64,000 bases of DNA from Chrysemys picta bellii (lineage: Eukaryota): assembly GCF_011386835.1 (NCBI RefSeq), contig NC_088796.1:54622001-54686000 (forward strand), read 5' to 3'. Shown in pieces: positions 12,971-25,379 of this stretch. Under the pieces are notes generated by a model, which was given only the letters and a program-made list of their open reading frames with translations, ran no database searches and was not told the origin of the DNA. A program made the position numbers and the translations under genes. The first letter of the stretch is position 1; each line of letters begins with the position of its first letter.

Positions 12971-13432
12971 TTGCGAACCGGTACGAACCAGCTCCAGCTC
13001 ACCACTGTCTGGAAGTGTAAACCCCCTGGTTACAGCTCATGGTCACACACCAATAGCAGGATTCTGGGAACTGCCACAGGAAGGAAAGTCCTTTGAGGTC
13101 AAAGGCCAATGGAGGAAGATTTAGATCTAGTTTGAAAGAATCCTATCTGTCTCTGCTCTTAAACTTGGTACAGTCATCTCTCAGACAGAAGCATTGGACT
13201 CTGAATGTGTCAGAGATGTCTTTTTCCTTGTTGGGTCTGTCTAGCCAAGTAAGCTTCAACAGCCCCATATGTGACCCACAAACGCTCCATATAAAATAGC
13301 ACATTACAAAATGTACATGAAATACATAGCACTTATAAAGAGAAAAAATTTCCAACAGGCTGTTTAGACCAAGATGAAGAGAGATCAGAAAACCATCAGT
13401 CTTGATATGCTGAGGTGTTAGTTACTTTATGC

Positions 13433-13590
13433 CAGGGGTTCTCAACCTTTTTTCTTTCTGAGGCCCCTCAACATGCTATAAAAACTCCACAGCCCACCTG
13501 TGCCACAACAACTGGTTTTCTGCATATAAAAAATGGCATTGGAGTACAAGCACGGCATTGGCCTGACCCTACTCTTGTGGGTTCCAGGGT
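13433..13590. mobile_element. hAT-Charlie-type MITE, left portion
   Basis: Starts CAGGGGTTCTCAACCTTTT, a Charlie-like TIR. The right end is not resolved. Confidence 0.5.
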
Positions 13591-14599
13591 TCCAACAAAC
13601 AGTCAGAAACTCCTTTCATTTATTTATTTTTAAAAGCACAATAAACCAGTCTCCCAATAAAGCTTGTAAAAATTAAATCAAGTGTTTTGTTGCCACAAGT
13701 AGAATAAAAGAACTAAGCACTAAGAACGTTCATAGCACTTTCTTTGAGAAATCATACAAGTTAATCCTCAAGCCCCTCAATTAAATGTAAACAGATCAAT
13801 AAAGAACAATCATTCTAACACAGTTAGAATGAAAATATATAAATAGGACATTTCAGTGAGTGAATATGTACATGCATGAGAATATTGATCGTGTATGTCT
13901 GAGCTGCATTGTTTGGAAAATTCAGCACCTCTAGTGACATTTACTTTTGATGTCAACATATCAAGTTGCTGCTGGATCTTATTTTGACAGGTTTGGTCCA
14001 AAGCAAAACTGGAGGGCACTGTTCACTAGAGGTGCTACTGGTAAACTCTGGTGAATAGACAGTTCTAAGGACCTTTAGCTTTGGAGTTATTGCTCCTTTC
14101 CCTGATGGCTGAATTTTGAACCTAAATGAGTTCATGCTGAAGCGTAATCCTAAAAAACTTTACAAATCATATCACTGACAGGAATAAGTGTGGAAGAGGA
14201 GAGTGTTATAACACTGACTATCACTTTCTTTCTAAAAGCATTTTGTCTACACTACAAAAAATTACTCACTGCAGACAATAGGTGGCAGCAGCAGCAAGTG
14301 CAGATGAGCCAATACTGTACATTGTTTAACTGCAAATGTGATCTTAGGACAAAATGCTCTTTAGTGCCTCCACAATTTCTCACGTGGCAGGTCATCTGGT
14401 GTGTTTCTCTATCCTAACTGGATAAGTGTCAATCTTAGGATGAAGTTTCTTTTGCAAATACTCATGAGCATAAACTAGTTTTCTTTCCATTAATATTTTG
14501 AAATATTTGATTCAAATTCAGAGTTTCAGTGTGCATTGCTTTTAGTGAACTGAATATTTGCAGAAAGAAAAGATAGAATTCCCATTGCAATCCCTATCT

Positions 14600-15062
14600 T
14601 ATACAGCTCCCATTAGAATAGTATCTGAGTCCCTCACAATCTTTAATGTCTATGTAGCCTTACAACATCCCTGAAGGAAGGCATTACTATCATCCCCATT
14701 TTACAGTTTAGGAACAGAGAGACCAAGGCCTAGTCTACACTTTAAACCTATACCAGCTTAGCTATGGCTGTCAGTGCAGTAGCAACATAGCTATGTCGAC
14801 AAAACCCGCAGCAAAGATGTAGCTATGCTGAAGAGGACATCTGGTGGCCTAACATTGTACAGGGAGGTGCTGTTCCTGTACCTATAGACCTCCTCCTTCT
14901 GTCAGCAGATGCTACATCTACACTAGAGGGCCATGCTGACATAATATATGTCTACACTACAGGGCCCAAGTGTCACACTGGAAGCTTGTGATGCAGCAGG
15001 AACTGAACCGTAGTTTCCCAAGTCACAGGCTAGACCTCTAGCCACTAGACCATCCTTCCTTC
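14600..15062 (-). mobile_element. MIR-like SINE interrupted by a Harbinger-type MITE (~14727-14966)
   Basis: MIR-like TATCATCCCCATTTTACAG...GAAC before the insert and CCAAGTGTCACAC...CTAGACCATCCTTCC after it. The insert starts GGCCTAGTCTACACT. Confidence 0.55.
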
Positions 15063-16475
15063 CAACTTTTTCAGAGACTTGAATTAATATTAATGAAAAT
15101 ATTTTTTGCAGTATTCACTCAGCACTCTTTGTAAAGAGTTTGTAACTTTGTAACCAAATACAGTCAGAAGTCCCATCCTACATTCCTTTCCACACCTGAA
15201 ACCTCCACTCATTTCACTGGGAATTTGGGATGCAAAAAGATGTAGGACCTGATCCTGAAGTCTGTGTATTTTGTTTTCCCAAAGCATTTCCCATATTTTA
15301 TGTTTCAAGTCAGATACCAGCATATCTGACAGTATTAGGAATTCATAGCTTCATTGAAGACAAAGGCTGGTATCTGAAAAATATAATTTTCAATCTCTTT
15401 AATAATCCATAATTATTTTTGGTCTCATCTCAAAAAGACAAGCATATAACTTGGGGAAAATAATTAGGTTACATTTTCCTATACTCATGAGAGGCAGATC
15501 ATGACTAACCTCTGGTATGTCAAAATGCAATTTGTCTGTACAAGAAGTTATTATCTGACTGCTGCACTTGCTGCAGTAGAAACAGCACTTGTTCCCTTAG
15601 CTCAGCAATTTACAGTAAATATGCTGAGTCCGACCGCACGCAGCAGTTTTAGATTTATAAAATTGCCATCCTCTCCCTTGTAAACCTTTGAAATTCAATG
15701 TACCATGGAAGTCTGAATCTTTCATTTAAGCATTATCTTTGAAATTCATTTCAATTACAGGGACTGAAGGAGCACTCTAAAGCAAAGTGTCAAAGTGTCC
15801 CAGAGTTCAGTAAAAGCCTTTTTCCTTGAAAATAAAAATTCTCATTGACAAATTGCAGGCAGTGAAGTAATACTGGCAGAACATTTCATTTGGTAAAAAT
15901 GGACATTTTAGGAGCAAACTCTACAGAGCGCCTGTATAACTTATCTTGGACCTTACCTTCTGTTGGGGTTTTATTGAAGGGGGAACAGAGTGCGTGGAAA
16001 GAAAGTTTTAGGTGCATTCCCATCCATTATTGTATGACTTAAGTGAGCAAGTCATATCTATTAACTGCTCATCAAAATAAGTTTGTATTTATTAATTCAG
16101 AAAAGTAAGTTTATTGCATTAGTCCTTCAAATAAGGATAAATTTAAACTTTTCAAATCCCTGCCCCTTTTGGTTATTATTATCTAACATGACATCTTTTT
16201 CAAAAATCGCTAGAGGCTCAGTACACTACTTACCAAAGTCAGTGGGAAAACTCCCATTGACTTCACTGGACCTGTAATGGTCGGTGCAACTGCATACCTG
16301 CCTGTAAAGATCTCTTAAGCCTCAGATTTCTGCTGCTTTTGAGTCCTGATTCTTGCTTATTCCACTTAGTAGTTTTGTTTTAGAAATCAAATAATAGTTA
16401 ATCGATTCTACAAGATAACCTTAAAAAAAGCTTTCTACTCTCCTAAAGAGGAACTGTGCTATGTGCTGTAGGAAA

Positions 16476-16767
16476 CAGGGGCAGCTCCAGGCACCAGCGC
16501 ACCAAGTGCGTGCCTGAGGTGGCAAGCTGCGGGGGGCGGCCTGCCGGTTGCCGTGAGGGCGGCAGTCAGGCTGCCTCCGACGGCATAACTGCGGGAGGTC
16601 CGCCTGTCCCGCGGCTTCAGCGGCGGGGACACCAAAGGCGCGGGGCCGGAGGACCTCCCGCAGGCATTCCGCCAAATCCGCGTTACCAGCAGACCTCCCG
16701 CAAGCGTGCCGCCGAAGGCTGCCTGACTGCCGTGCTTGGGGCGGCAAAATACATAGAGCCGCCCCTG
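16476..16767. mobile_element. GC-rich hAT MITE (292 bp)
   Basis: TIR CAGGGGCAGCTC / GAGCCGCCCCTG. Perfect 8-bp TSD GTAGGAAA (16468-16475, 16768-16775). CpGs largely intact. Confidence 0.92.
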
Positions 16768-17125
16768 GTAGGAAAGAGTGGCTTAATGGTTTAAATGCCA
16801 CAGGATCATATGTATCCACTCATTAGTATCTGGAACTCCAACTTGCACACACAGTCCAGACCCACAGTCAATTTCCACCCTAACTAACCAGCTGTTTGAC
16901 ACCTTGCCAAAGAAATCTGTTACGTTTTTAGAGATCTCTTTGTTAGAGGAACTTCATGCCAACGTACTTTCTCACACATCTATCAACTGCTAAAATCTTT
17001 TAACATATTTTTCCTCATAATGAAATGGTTTACCTTTTAATGGGATGGAAGTAACCATACCTCAACCTATGAACATTTGTCGTTTCCTAAAAATTAAAAA
17101 AAAGACGGTCAAAATTAGTCTACAA

Positions 17126-17312
17126 GTGTTGGATTTTTAAAGGTATTTATATGCCTAAAGATGCATATAGGCACCTAATGGGATTTTTTAAAGTGCCTAT
17201 GCAGGCTAAGCATCTAATTCTCTCTGAAATCAATGGGAATGAGGCACTTAAATCTGCTCAGGTGCTTTTGTAAATCCCACTAGGTGTCTATTTGCCTACT
17301 GTATTTTAAATC
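17126..17312. mobile_element. Old palindromic MITE (AGGCACCTA/TAGGTG family)
   Basis: Mirrored GGATTTTTAAAG / GTAAATCCCAC and AGGCACCTA / TAGGTGTCT motifs around a central ATCAATGGGA. Confidence 0.45.
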
Positions 17313-19053
17313 TTTTCAGTGCACTTGGGTAACACTTTCATTTTTTCCCCTCCAGGTCCATGAGGTGTAGAAATTTGAAAATATGGCCCCAAGTGATCAT
17401 CAAATGACAATCAAATGGAAGCTGGATGGCATCCAGTATATTTCCTACATATAAAACCCCAGATGCTGGAGTTTGTGAATACTTGAGAATCTCAGCTTTT
17501 ATTTCAAAATTTTTTTAAAAAAAGTTTTTAGACCTCACAGCCATGGAGAAAAGGCTTAAAACCCCAAAAGGCTTAAAGTACAGGAGGCAAATAAAAAGAA
17601 CCCAAATGTTGAGATTTTGGAAAAAAAAAATAATTTTTGGCTGTGCCTCACTCATGACTTTTTGATATTTGGACTTTGCCTAGCAAGTCCTCATTCAGTA
17701 TGGCCAAGGACAGGAAGCGGGAGCAATAAACAGAATCCAAGGCCTAGCTGAGAGCTACCACCTTTCTCAACAATATGAATAGATGCAGCTGTTTTCTTCA
17801 TTCTTCCATACGTAGGAATGTACTCTATGCATTCATAAGTAACCATAATAATTTTAGTGACTAAATGCTATCCAAACTAACCAATTAATTACACTTTAAT
17901 GTCTTCCAAGCCAAACCCCTCTTTATACCCAGTTTCACTCCTTTGCTAAATATGTTCCATGCATTTTCAGTAGTATACAATTAATGTCCCAGTGCACTGG
18001 CAAGGCAATTGGGGTAGCACTTGCGGAAAAATAAACAACAGGGAATAGGAGAAAGTTGCCAAGAATGTGGTCTCTAAAGAAAAGAGGTAAAAGCATGAAT
18101 GAATGGTTTATTCCTTGGAGTGTAAGGATCTTTTTCTTTTCTCAAAAGACTAAGAGAATATAAATGAAATAAAGGTTTATGAACATGACTAATTAATTTT
18201 ATCTTTTATTCTTCATTTCACAATTCTAACCTATCAACATTCATAATTAGGTTGAGGGTGCTTCATTATCTAATGAAATGGAAAAGTGCAGAGAGGAACT
18301 CATTCTGATTGTACATAATCTTTATTTTTAATATGTAATTTATCAACTCAGGCTAATTACACTATGGGAATTGACGTGGTTCTTGCTATTGAAATAAAAA
18401 AATTAAGATAGCTCATCTTTTCATAAGTGATTGAGGTTTTGGGACATTGTTTCTCTTAATTAGGCTATTTAAGTATTGTATGAGATTTGCCATCTGAGTA
18501 CAGAAATCCTTTTGGCTCTAAAAGATTATTATTTTAACACTCCAACAGTCTTTGGGTCCAAAGACACATATACCAATGTAATGCCAATTATTCCCTTCAT
18601 CTGAGTTGCTTTCAATATTGCCTTAAGGAGGCCTAATTTTAAACGATTGTATCTCTCTGAAAACCTAATAGTATGGCTTAGATGCAACCCCATTTATTAC
18701 TGCAGTTTAAGCACATTTTTGGAGATTAAATCTATGCACTCACTGTTCAGGGTAGGGCTAGACTATGCCTTTACTGTCTGTTTTGTTTACGAGTCAGCAC
18801 CTTGAGGTTACCAAAAGGAGCAACATAGAGGAAAGAATTTTACCTCAGAACCAGAGATTTAGCTCATGGCATAGATACTGATACCAGCAAAAATTGACCA
18901 TGATTGTTAGTCAAGTCCCTTTACTTTTGTGAACATCGTCTCCAATTTCAGGGGCAGATCGAGCTATATATAGACAGCTAAACTGAAGTGTAAGGCCTCA
19001 CTGCACCATAAGACACACTCCATATGAAATTCACTTCAGAGTTTGAATGAGGT

Positions 19054-20148
19054 TGTGACGGGTTGAATCACAGAACCCCTCTTGGGAGCTGCCACCTGAT
19101 GTGCCAAGACTACTGCTGCCCCTGGCTTTTTCTGCCAGCTCAGGACCCCAGCACCCTGTCTTGCTGAGCCAGTCACGCCCGTCTGCTCCAACACAGACCC
19201 AGGGTCTGAATTACTGCCCCAAAACTGCAGACTTAACTGAAAACAGCTTACAGAAGTGTTCTTGTTTTTAATGCCCAACTTCCAGTGGGGTTTAAACCCA
19301 AATAAATTGTTCGCCCTCTATAACACTGCTAGAGAGATATGCACAGCTTCCCCCCCCCCCCAGGTATTAATACATACTTTGAGTTAATTAATAAGTAAAA
19401 AGCAATGTTATTAAATACAGAAAGTAGGATTTAAGTGGCTCCAAGTAGTAACAGACAGAACAAAGTGAATTACCAAGTGAAATAAAATAAAGCATGCAAA
19501 TTTAAGCCTAATAAAGTAATACAATTGAGTACAGATAAAATCTCACCCTGAGAGTTGTTTTAATAAGTTTCTTTTACAGACTGGACACCTTCCTAGTCTG
19601 GGCACAGTCCTTTCCCCTGGCACAGCCCTTGTTTCAGCTCAGGTGGTAGCTAGGGGATTTTTCATGATGGCTGCCCCTTTGTTCTGTTGTACCCACTTAT
19701 ATATCTTTTGCATAAGGCGGAAATCCTTTGTCCCTCTGGGTTCCCACCCCTCCTCACTGGAACAGCACCAGGTTAAAGATGGATTTCAGTTCAGGTGACA
19801 CGATCACATGTCGCTGTAAGACCCCAAGCCTTCATTCCTCCCAGCCTGACTCACAGGAAGGCTTGCCTGCAAACAGAGCCATCTACAGTCAATTGTCCTG
19901 GTTGATGGGAACCATCAAGATTCCAAACCACCATTAATGGCCCACACTTTGCATAATTACAATAGCCCTCAGAGTTATATTTTATATTTCTAGTTTTAGA
20001 TACAAGAGTGGTACATTTATACACATAGGATGATTACACTCAGTAGATTATAAGATTTGTAATGATACCATACAAGAGACCTTTTGCATGAAGCATATTC
20101 CAGTTACATTAGCATATTTTATACAATCATATAGAGTGAAACGTCACA
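19054..20148. mobile_element. Solo LTR (~1.1 kb), probably Gypsy-type
   Basis: Termini TGTGACG...CGTCACA (7-bp inverted repeat, TG...CA). 5-bp TSD GAGGT (19049-19053, 20149-20153). No internal coding sequence. Confidence 0.85.
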
Positions 20149-22811
20149 GAGGTTGAATTAGTGATTTCCATTTAGCAAACAGAGCTCAGCACTCTATGGG
20201 GGGGATTCCTGTGTGCATGGTGGACAGCTTTCACAGATGGAGCTGGAATAAAGTGGTGCAAATAAGCCATAAGGTCTCCCTAAGGAGGTCCTCTCCACTG
20301 GAAGTATTCCCTAATAGGAGCAAAACTAGCTATGCCACCCCTTATACTTAGTCCTGCAGGAGCCCCTGGAACAGAAGGTGTATTTGGAGAGAACTTGTTC
20401 TTATGCCCCAGTTCTCACGCCGTCCATAGGGACTATTGTGGCCAAAGCATAAGTTAACTTATCTCTCAGGGCTACTTTAAACCATGCCAAATCTGCCTTC
20501 AGTCTAGCAGACTAAGAAAAGCATGTTGTTATTCCACGTACTAGGGAAATTGGGCCGTATGGCTGAAACTTTTAAGGGTGGTTGTCCAAACTGGGACGCT
20601 TAGAGCCAAAATTTAAATTTCTCAAGCTACAAGTGTTCATAACTTTAATTGAAGTGTGAGAGCTTTAGGTCAGCAGCAGCACAGCTCCTCAGAAAAATCA
20701 GGCCCTTAACATAAAGGAAAGGCATAACTTCATGCTCTCTGATCCCCTGTGCTAGGACAGCCATGGCCCATAGTTGCCATATATATATATATTAGTTTCT
20801 TGCAGGGTTGTTTTTTTTTCCTCTCTCTCATTTGATCATTAAACACAGCCAGCTTAGAGTCAGTGTTTTAACGGTGAAGTTCATAGAAATTAATCTTCCT
20901 TTTTAAAATGTCAAAGTCAGTTCAAATATTTTTTCTAGGCTGAAAGGTTACTTAATAGGGTTCTGCTCTCACAATTTTACATACTTAACTATAACTAGAG
21001 GAGGTGGGAGTGTTAAATCAGTCTTTGCAGGGAAGCTAAAAATTCAGTTATTGACCCATTTCTTAAGCACGAGAGCCTGATGAAGAGTCATGAAGCAAAT
21101 TAAATGAGCCATTTTAATTCATCGGAAGAACCCTAAATATCCAATCCTCCTTCTAAAGTTCTGACTAAGCGACCATTCTATAGTAATATATGGCCTAGAA
21201 AGGGTTATCAGGATAATGAAGGGGAGGGTCCTTCCATTGTTCAGCTCCTTCACATGTTTATACAGCACCTAGATCTAGGATTTGGGCTGCTAGATTCTTC
21301 TGCAATACTATCACAGCAAGTAGAGTATTTCCAAAATATTCCACCTTCCATGGAAGAGAAACTCGACAGGCCTTCAGCTTTCGTCTTCCTGTGCTGTGCC
21401 CAAGAAACACAGCAGGCTAAAGAGCCAGAAACTGTCTGATGTATGGAAGGGAAGAATGATGGAGAAAGTCAAGGTGGGTTGATTAGAGAAGACCTACCTG
21501 ACGGGACATTATAGGAGATTGCTGCATGCTTACATAGAACTTTACCTGCTGCAGCTATGCCTGCTCCAGCACATACTAAAAGAAGCAAGTATAACAGGTG
21601 TTACAAATAAGTTATCCTGACCTTCTACCACCTCCCAGAAACTGAATCACAATTCACAAAGGGCCCAGTACTGTCTCCCTTCACTCGCACTGCATAGTTC
21701 TTTGAAACCCATGGAACCACTTGCAGAGTAAGGTAATACTCCATGTGAGTTAGGGGGCCAGCACTGGGGCCACACTAACTTATTTAAAAAGTGTCCTTGT
21801 CTTTTTCACTTCCAGAACTCTACCCCAATCTCCAGTAAACCAGATTTAAAATAAAAATGTGCTATTCCCCTTACTATTTGGGGATGAACTAAGGCAAACT
21901 ATGTGTTTTATGTAAATAAAATAATTATGTTCCTTAGCTTCTACATCCATCCATCCAAGCCTCGCCAGTACTGCAGAAGTCAAACTTCAAAGCAAAGCTG
22001 TCAACTTGTGAGCCAAAGAGGAACTTAGAAAAGCTACTAAGTCCGCTGACACCTCTCTCATTAACCCAGTGATCAGAAATATCACCCTCCATAGCTGCAG
22101 TGGCTTGGAAGTATATGGATATTTCCTGCTAGGTCAGGCCCGATACCACAGTATAAGTGCCAGATTCTCAGCCCCAGTTCCATCCCCACTCTGCTTCCTA
22201 AGCACTTTAAAGGGGGTCCATAGCCTGGTGGAAGGAACAGACACCAGGGCAAGCTCCTATGCCAACAGGCACTTGCCATTCCTGTGGCTAAGGGAACACC
22301 CAGGTATGCCCTTTCCTTGCCAAAGCATGCACGCATGCCCCCCGCTTTCCATATTTCTTTCTGTTGGTTCCCTAGTAATCCCCTAACACGCACATTCCAG
22401 CATTTGCAGCAACTCTGTTGCTAGTTTTTAGTTATTCATTGTAATGCCCTGCCCCTTTAATTGGTTGGGCGCACCGTATTCAGAGCACGGCCTCATTTCC
22501 ACTTGTTCCCAGAACAAAAGAGTCACCACGGCAGATACCTGTGTTTAAATCAGCTCCCCCATGTCCATCTCCTTCATTGCAGAGTCCACCTATCACACAC
22601 ATTACTCCCTTTCCCCTGCCCCAGGCCTGTAGTCACCTTTTATGGGCACAGTCCTTAGTTTACTCTAATCAGTCCAAAATACTGCCCTCCCATTCTGAGA
22701 TTACCAGTGTTTTCAGCATTCCTGGAACTGCTCTGCATGGGTCTGCTTGGTCCCCTCCAGGGCTCACTACTGGTTAGGACTTGTATCTCTGCTCTCCTGA
22801 AGGCTATCCTT

Positions 22812-22998
22812 TAGAGCCCCACAGCAGGACTGGGATCCCACAGGTCCAATTGCCATAATATCAGGAGAGAGTGGGTATTGCAGGGCAGGACCAGGATCCC
22901 AGGGGTCCCGCAGGACCTGCTGACATAATAGCAGGAGCAATTGGGAACTGCAGGGCAGGATGGGAGTGGGATTAAAAATAGTCCCATGCAGGGCTCTA
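22812..22998. mobile_element. hAT MITE (187 bp)
   Basis: TIR TAGAGCCC / GGGCTCTA. Flanks CTATCCTT and CTACCCTC match at 6 of 8 positions (decayed TSD). Confidence 0.65.
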
Positions 22999-23214
22999 CT
23001 ACCCTCTAAGAGTTTCATGGTACTTTTCTGCCCTCCATAGGCTTACCATCTTCCTAAAGAGCTACCTGCTATTTCATGCAACTACCACTTATTGCAGAGC
23101 CTTTCTCCAGGCCCTTTTCCCAGCTCACTCCAAGCTGCTTCTCCTCCACTCCAGCCTTTGCCAGGCCTTTTCAAAGAGGAAAGAACTTCTCACCTTCTTT
23201 CTCATGGCATTGAC

Positions 23215-24160
23215 AACCAAGTCCTGGGCAGCCTGGCCTAATGGTTGGAGCAAGAGTCCAATCTACCAGTTAGAGCCAAATCCCAACAGAGCATGCCAGG
23301 AGTAGAATTAAGGGTTGTTACCTGGTGTCATAAACCAAAGCCTAAGCAAAAGGATTAACCAGAGTTGTAGCAAGAAGGCAGAGCTAAGTGTCTGAGCTGG
23401 GAGTCAGGAAGAAGCTGGGGACTAGAGCAGGAGCAGGTACAGACAGAGACATGGACAAGGCAGGGAGAGCTAAGAATGCATTGAGCAGCCACTGAGCTTA
23501 AATATCAGCCATCTGACCCCTACATCCACTCAGGTGGAGCAGTCAGTCAGCCTCTATCAGGGCCAGCTGCACTCATTAGGCTGCCAGGAGACTGACTTTG
23601 CTGCAGGTTAGGCCCCTGACAAATGGGGTATTCATGGGGATGTATACTCAGTCTGTCTGTGGTCACTCATCCTGGGGTACTCAGTAGCCCTCTGAAGGCG
23701 ACAGTTTTAGCCCTCCAGACTTAGCTGAGTCCCTCTGGATATTTACCCCTTCCATGGTCCCAGGTAAATAAACAACTGAGAAGCTGAAAAATAAACAATA
23801 AAAAATACAGTCAATCTCAGCAGGGCCACTAGCCTCTCTTCCTTCACACAGGCTTTGGGTGGTCCTTAGTTTGGCCCAAAGTCTGCTGGTTCAACAGCAG
23901 AAGAAATATGATACAGCCCCTTTCACCTCAGGGTGCTTATATCTTCTTTTAGGCAAGGGCACAGGCTGTGCCTTCCACCAGGCTTCTTCCTGGAAAATGG
24001 GAAGCTCAGCACAGAGCTTCCCCCTACTGAACCAAGTTTCCCCCATCTTGTACTCCTCTTCCATTCTTGACATGACGTGCAAGTATGGCAAGGCAGGGCC
24101 ACTCCAACGCCTCAATCCCTTCCTGCCTGGTGCAAGTTTTATATACACCATCTCCCTTAA
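23215..24160. mobile_element. Degraded LTR-like sequence, probably two fragments
   Basis: An LTR-like terminus GGCCCCTGACA at ~23620, with purine-rich and AATAAA-containing blocks resembling the other LTRs here. No TSD found. Confidence 0.3.
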
Positions 24161-25379
24161 TTGAGTTTTTCACTCTGTTTATGTAGTCAGCTCTGATGCC
24201 CCTACAGCTCGGTCAGTCATTGTAATTAAGTCTCCCTATCACATTCAGCAGGAGGATAGCTGCCAAGTCACTGCACAGAAACACTTTTGAGCATCTGAGC
24301 ACTATAACCTTTCCCATGCTACCATGATGGAGCTGTTTGAAGTAGGTCTGGGTGACATTATCATACACTGAATCTTGGACCATAAAGACTAGGGTATAAT
24401 TACTTTGTCTTTGCAGGGCCCCCCAAATTTGTTTGAACCAACCATAGCTCAGGATCCACCAGATATAAATTGTTATTTGCTGCCTATTATCCTTCCCCCA
24501 CCCCAGCAAGACCATCTGAGGATGAAGCCCTACTTTCTCAAATATGAAAGTCTAGGGGCTGTAGTAGGCTTGCCTATCCTTGCATTCCAAAATTACCCAT
24601 GTGAACCCTGAGATACAGCTCACATTTTGTGGGAATATTTTGTAGCCTACAACAAGGTCCTCTTTGTAGCTTATTCTTGTCCCTCTGCCATCTTTCCCTT
24701 TCTTTTTACAGGTTTTCTGGCCTTTTCACACTCATATATATTCCCAAGCATCACTGTAGATACAGACCTCAGCATTCATCCAAAGCCACACCTGGCCCAC
24801 TTATATTGCTCTCAGTTGAAGGTTTTTACTATTTGTTTAAGTCGACATTAAAAATTGACCAAGCTATAGACAAGGACAAAGTCATATTAGGATGGTAGTT
24901 TCTCATATGAAAACAGATGTATTTGTGGGATTAGGATCCAAACTGAATTAACAGCTCATAGCTTTGGCTTCCAGTGTCACTTTAAATGTGTGCTTGTCCT
25001 GACAACCTCATAATTCAGGTGGATGTGAAGTAAAACCTGCTGACTATGTGTGTATTTTGGGATTGGATTATTGCAATGCATTTGCTTGACTTGTGTATAT
25101 TTATAAATACTTTATGTTGGCTTACATTTTAAACTGGCCTGAAAAAAACTGCGTGTATAACAAGTTACAAAAATAATTCTGTGCGCTCTTTTTATTCTAG
25201 TGCTATTCTGCCTTTACCTTGGTTCTTTGACACTTGCATTAGCAGTAACATATGCTGGTGCCAAGCAAGCCAGCTTCACAAATGAATCTTCTACTGCCAA
25301 GTCCTGTGGTCACTCCTCAGTGCCAATCACATAGACAGGGTTTACTAGCTCAAGACTGCAAAGTTATTTTAAACTCTGA

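Noticed and set aside
13810-13832. 10-bp perfect hairpin TCATTCTAAC-ACA-GTTAGAATGA
   Set aside because: It is AT-rich and short. Roughly one such hairpin is expected by chance in 64 kb.
24213-24515. 100-aa minus-strand ORF next to LTR-like sequence, considered as a gag/pol/env relic
   Set aside because: No retroviral or Gypsy motifs (CCHC, YXDD, DDE, HHCC) were found.
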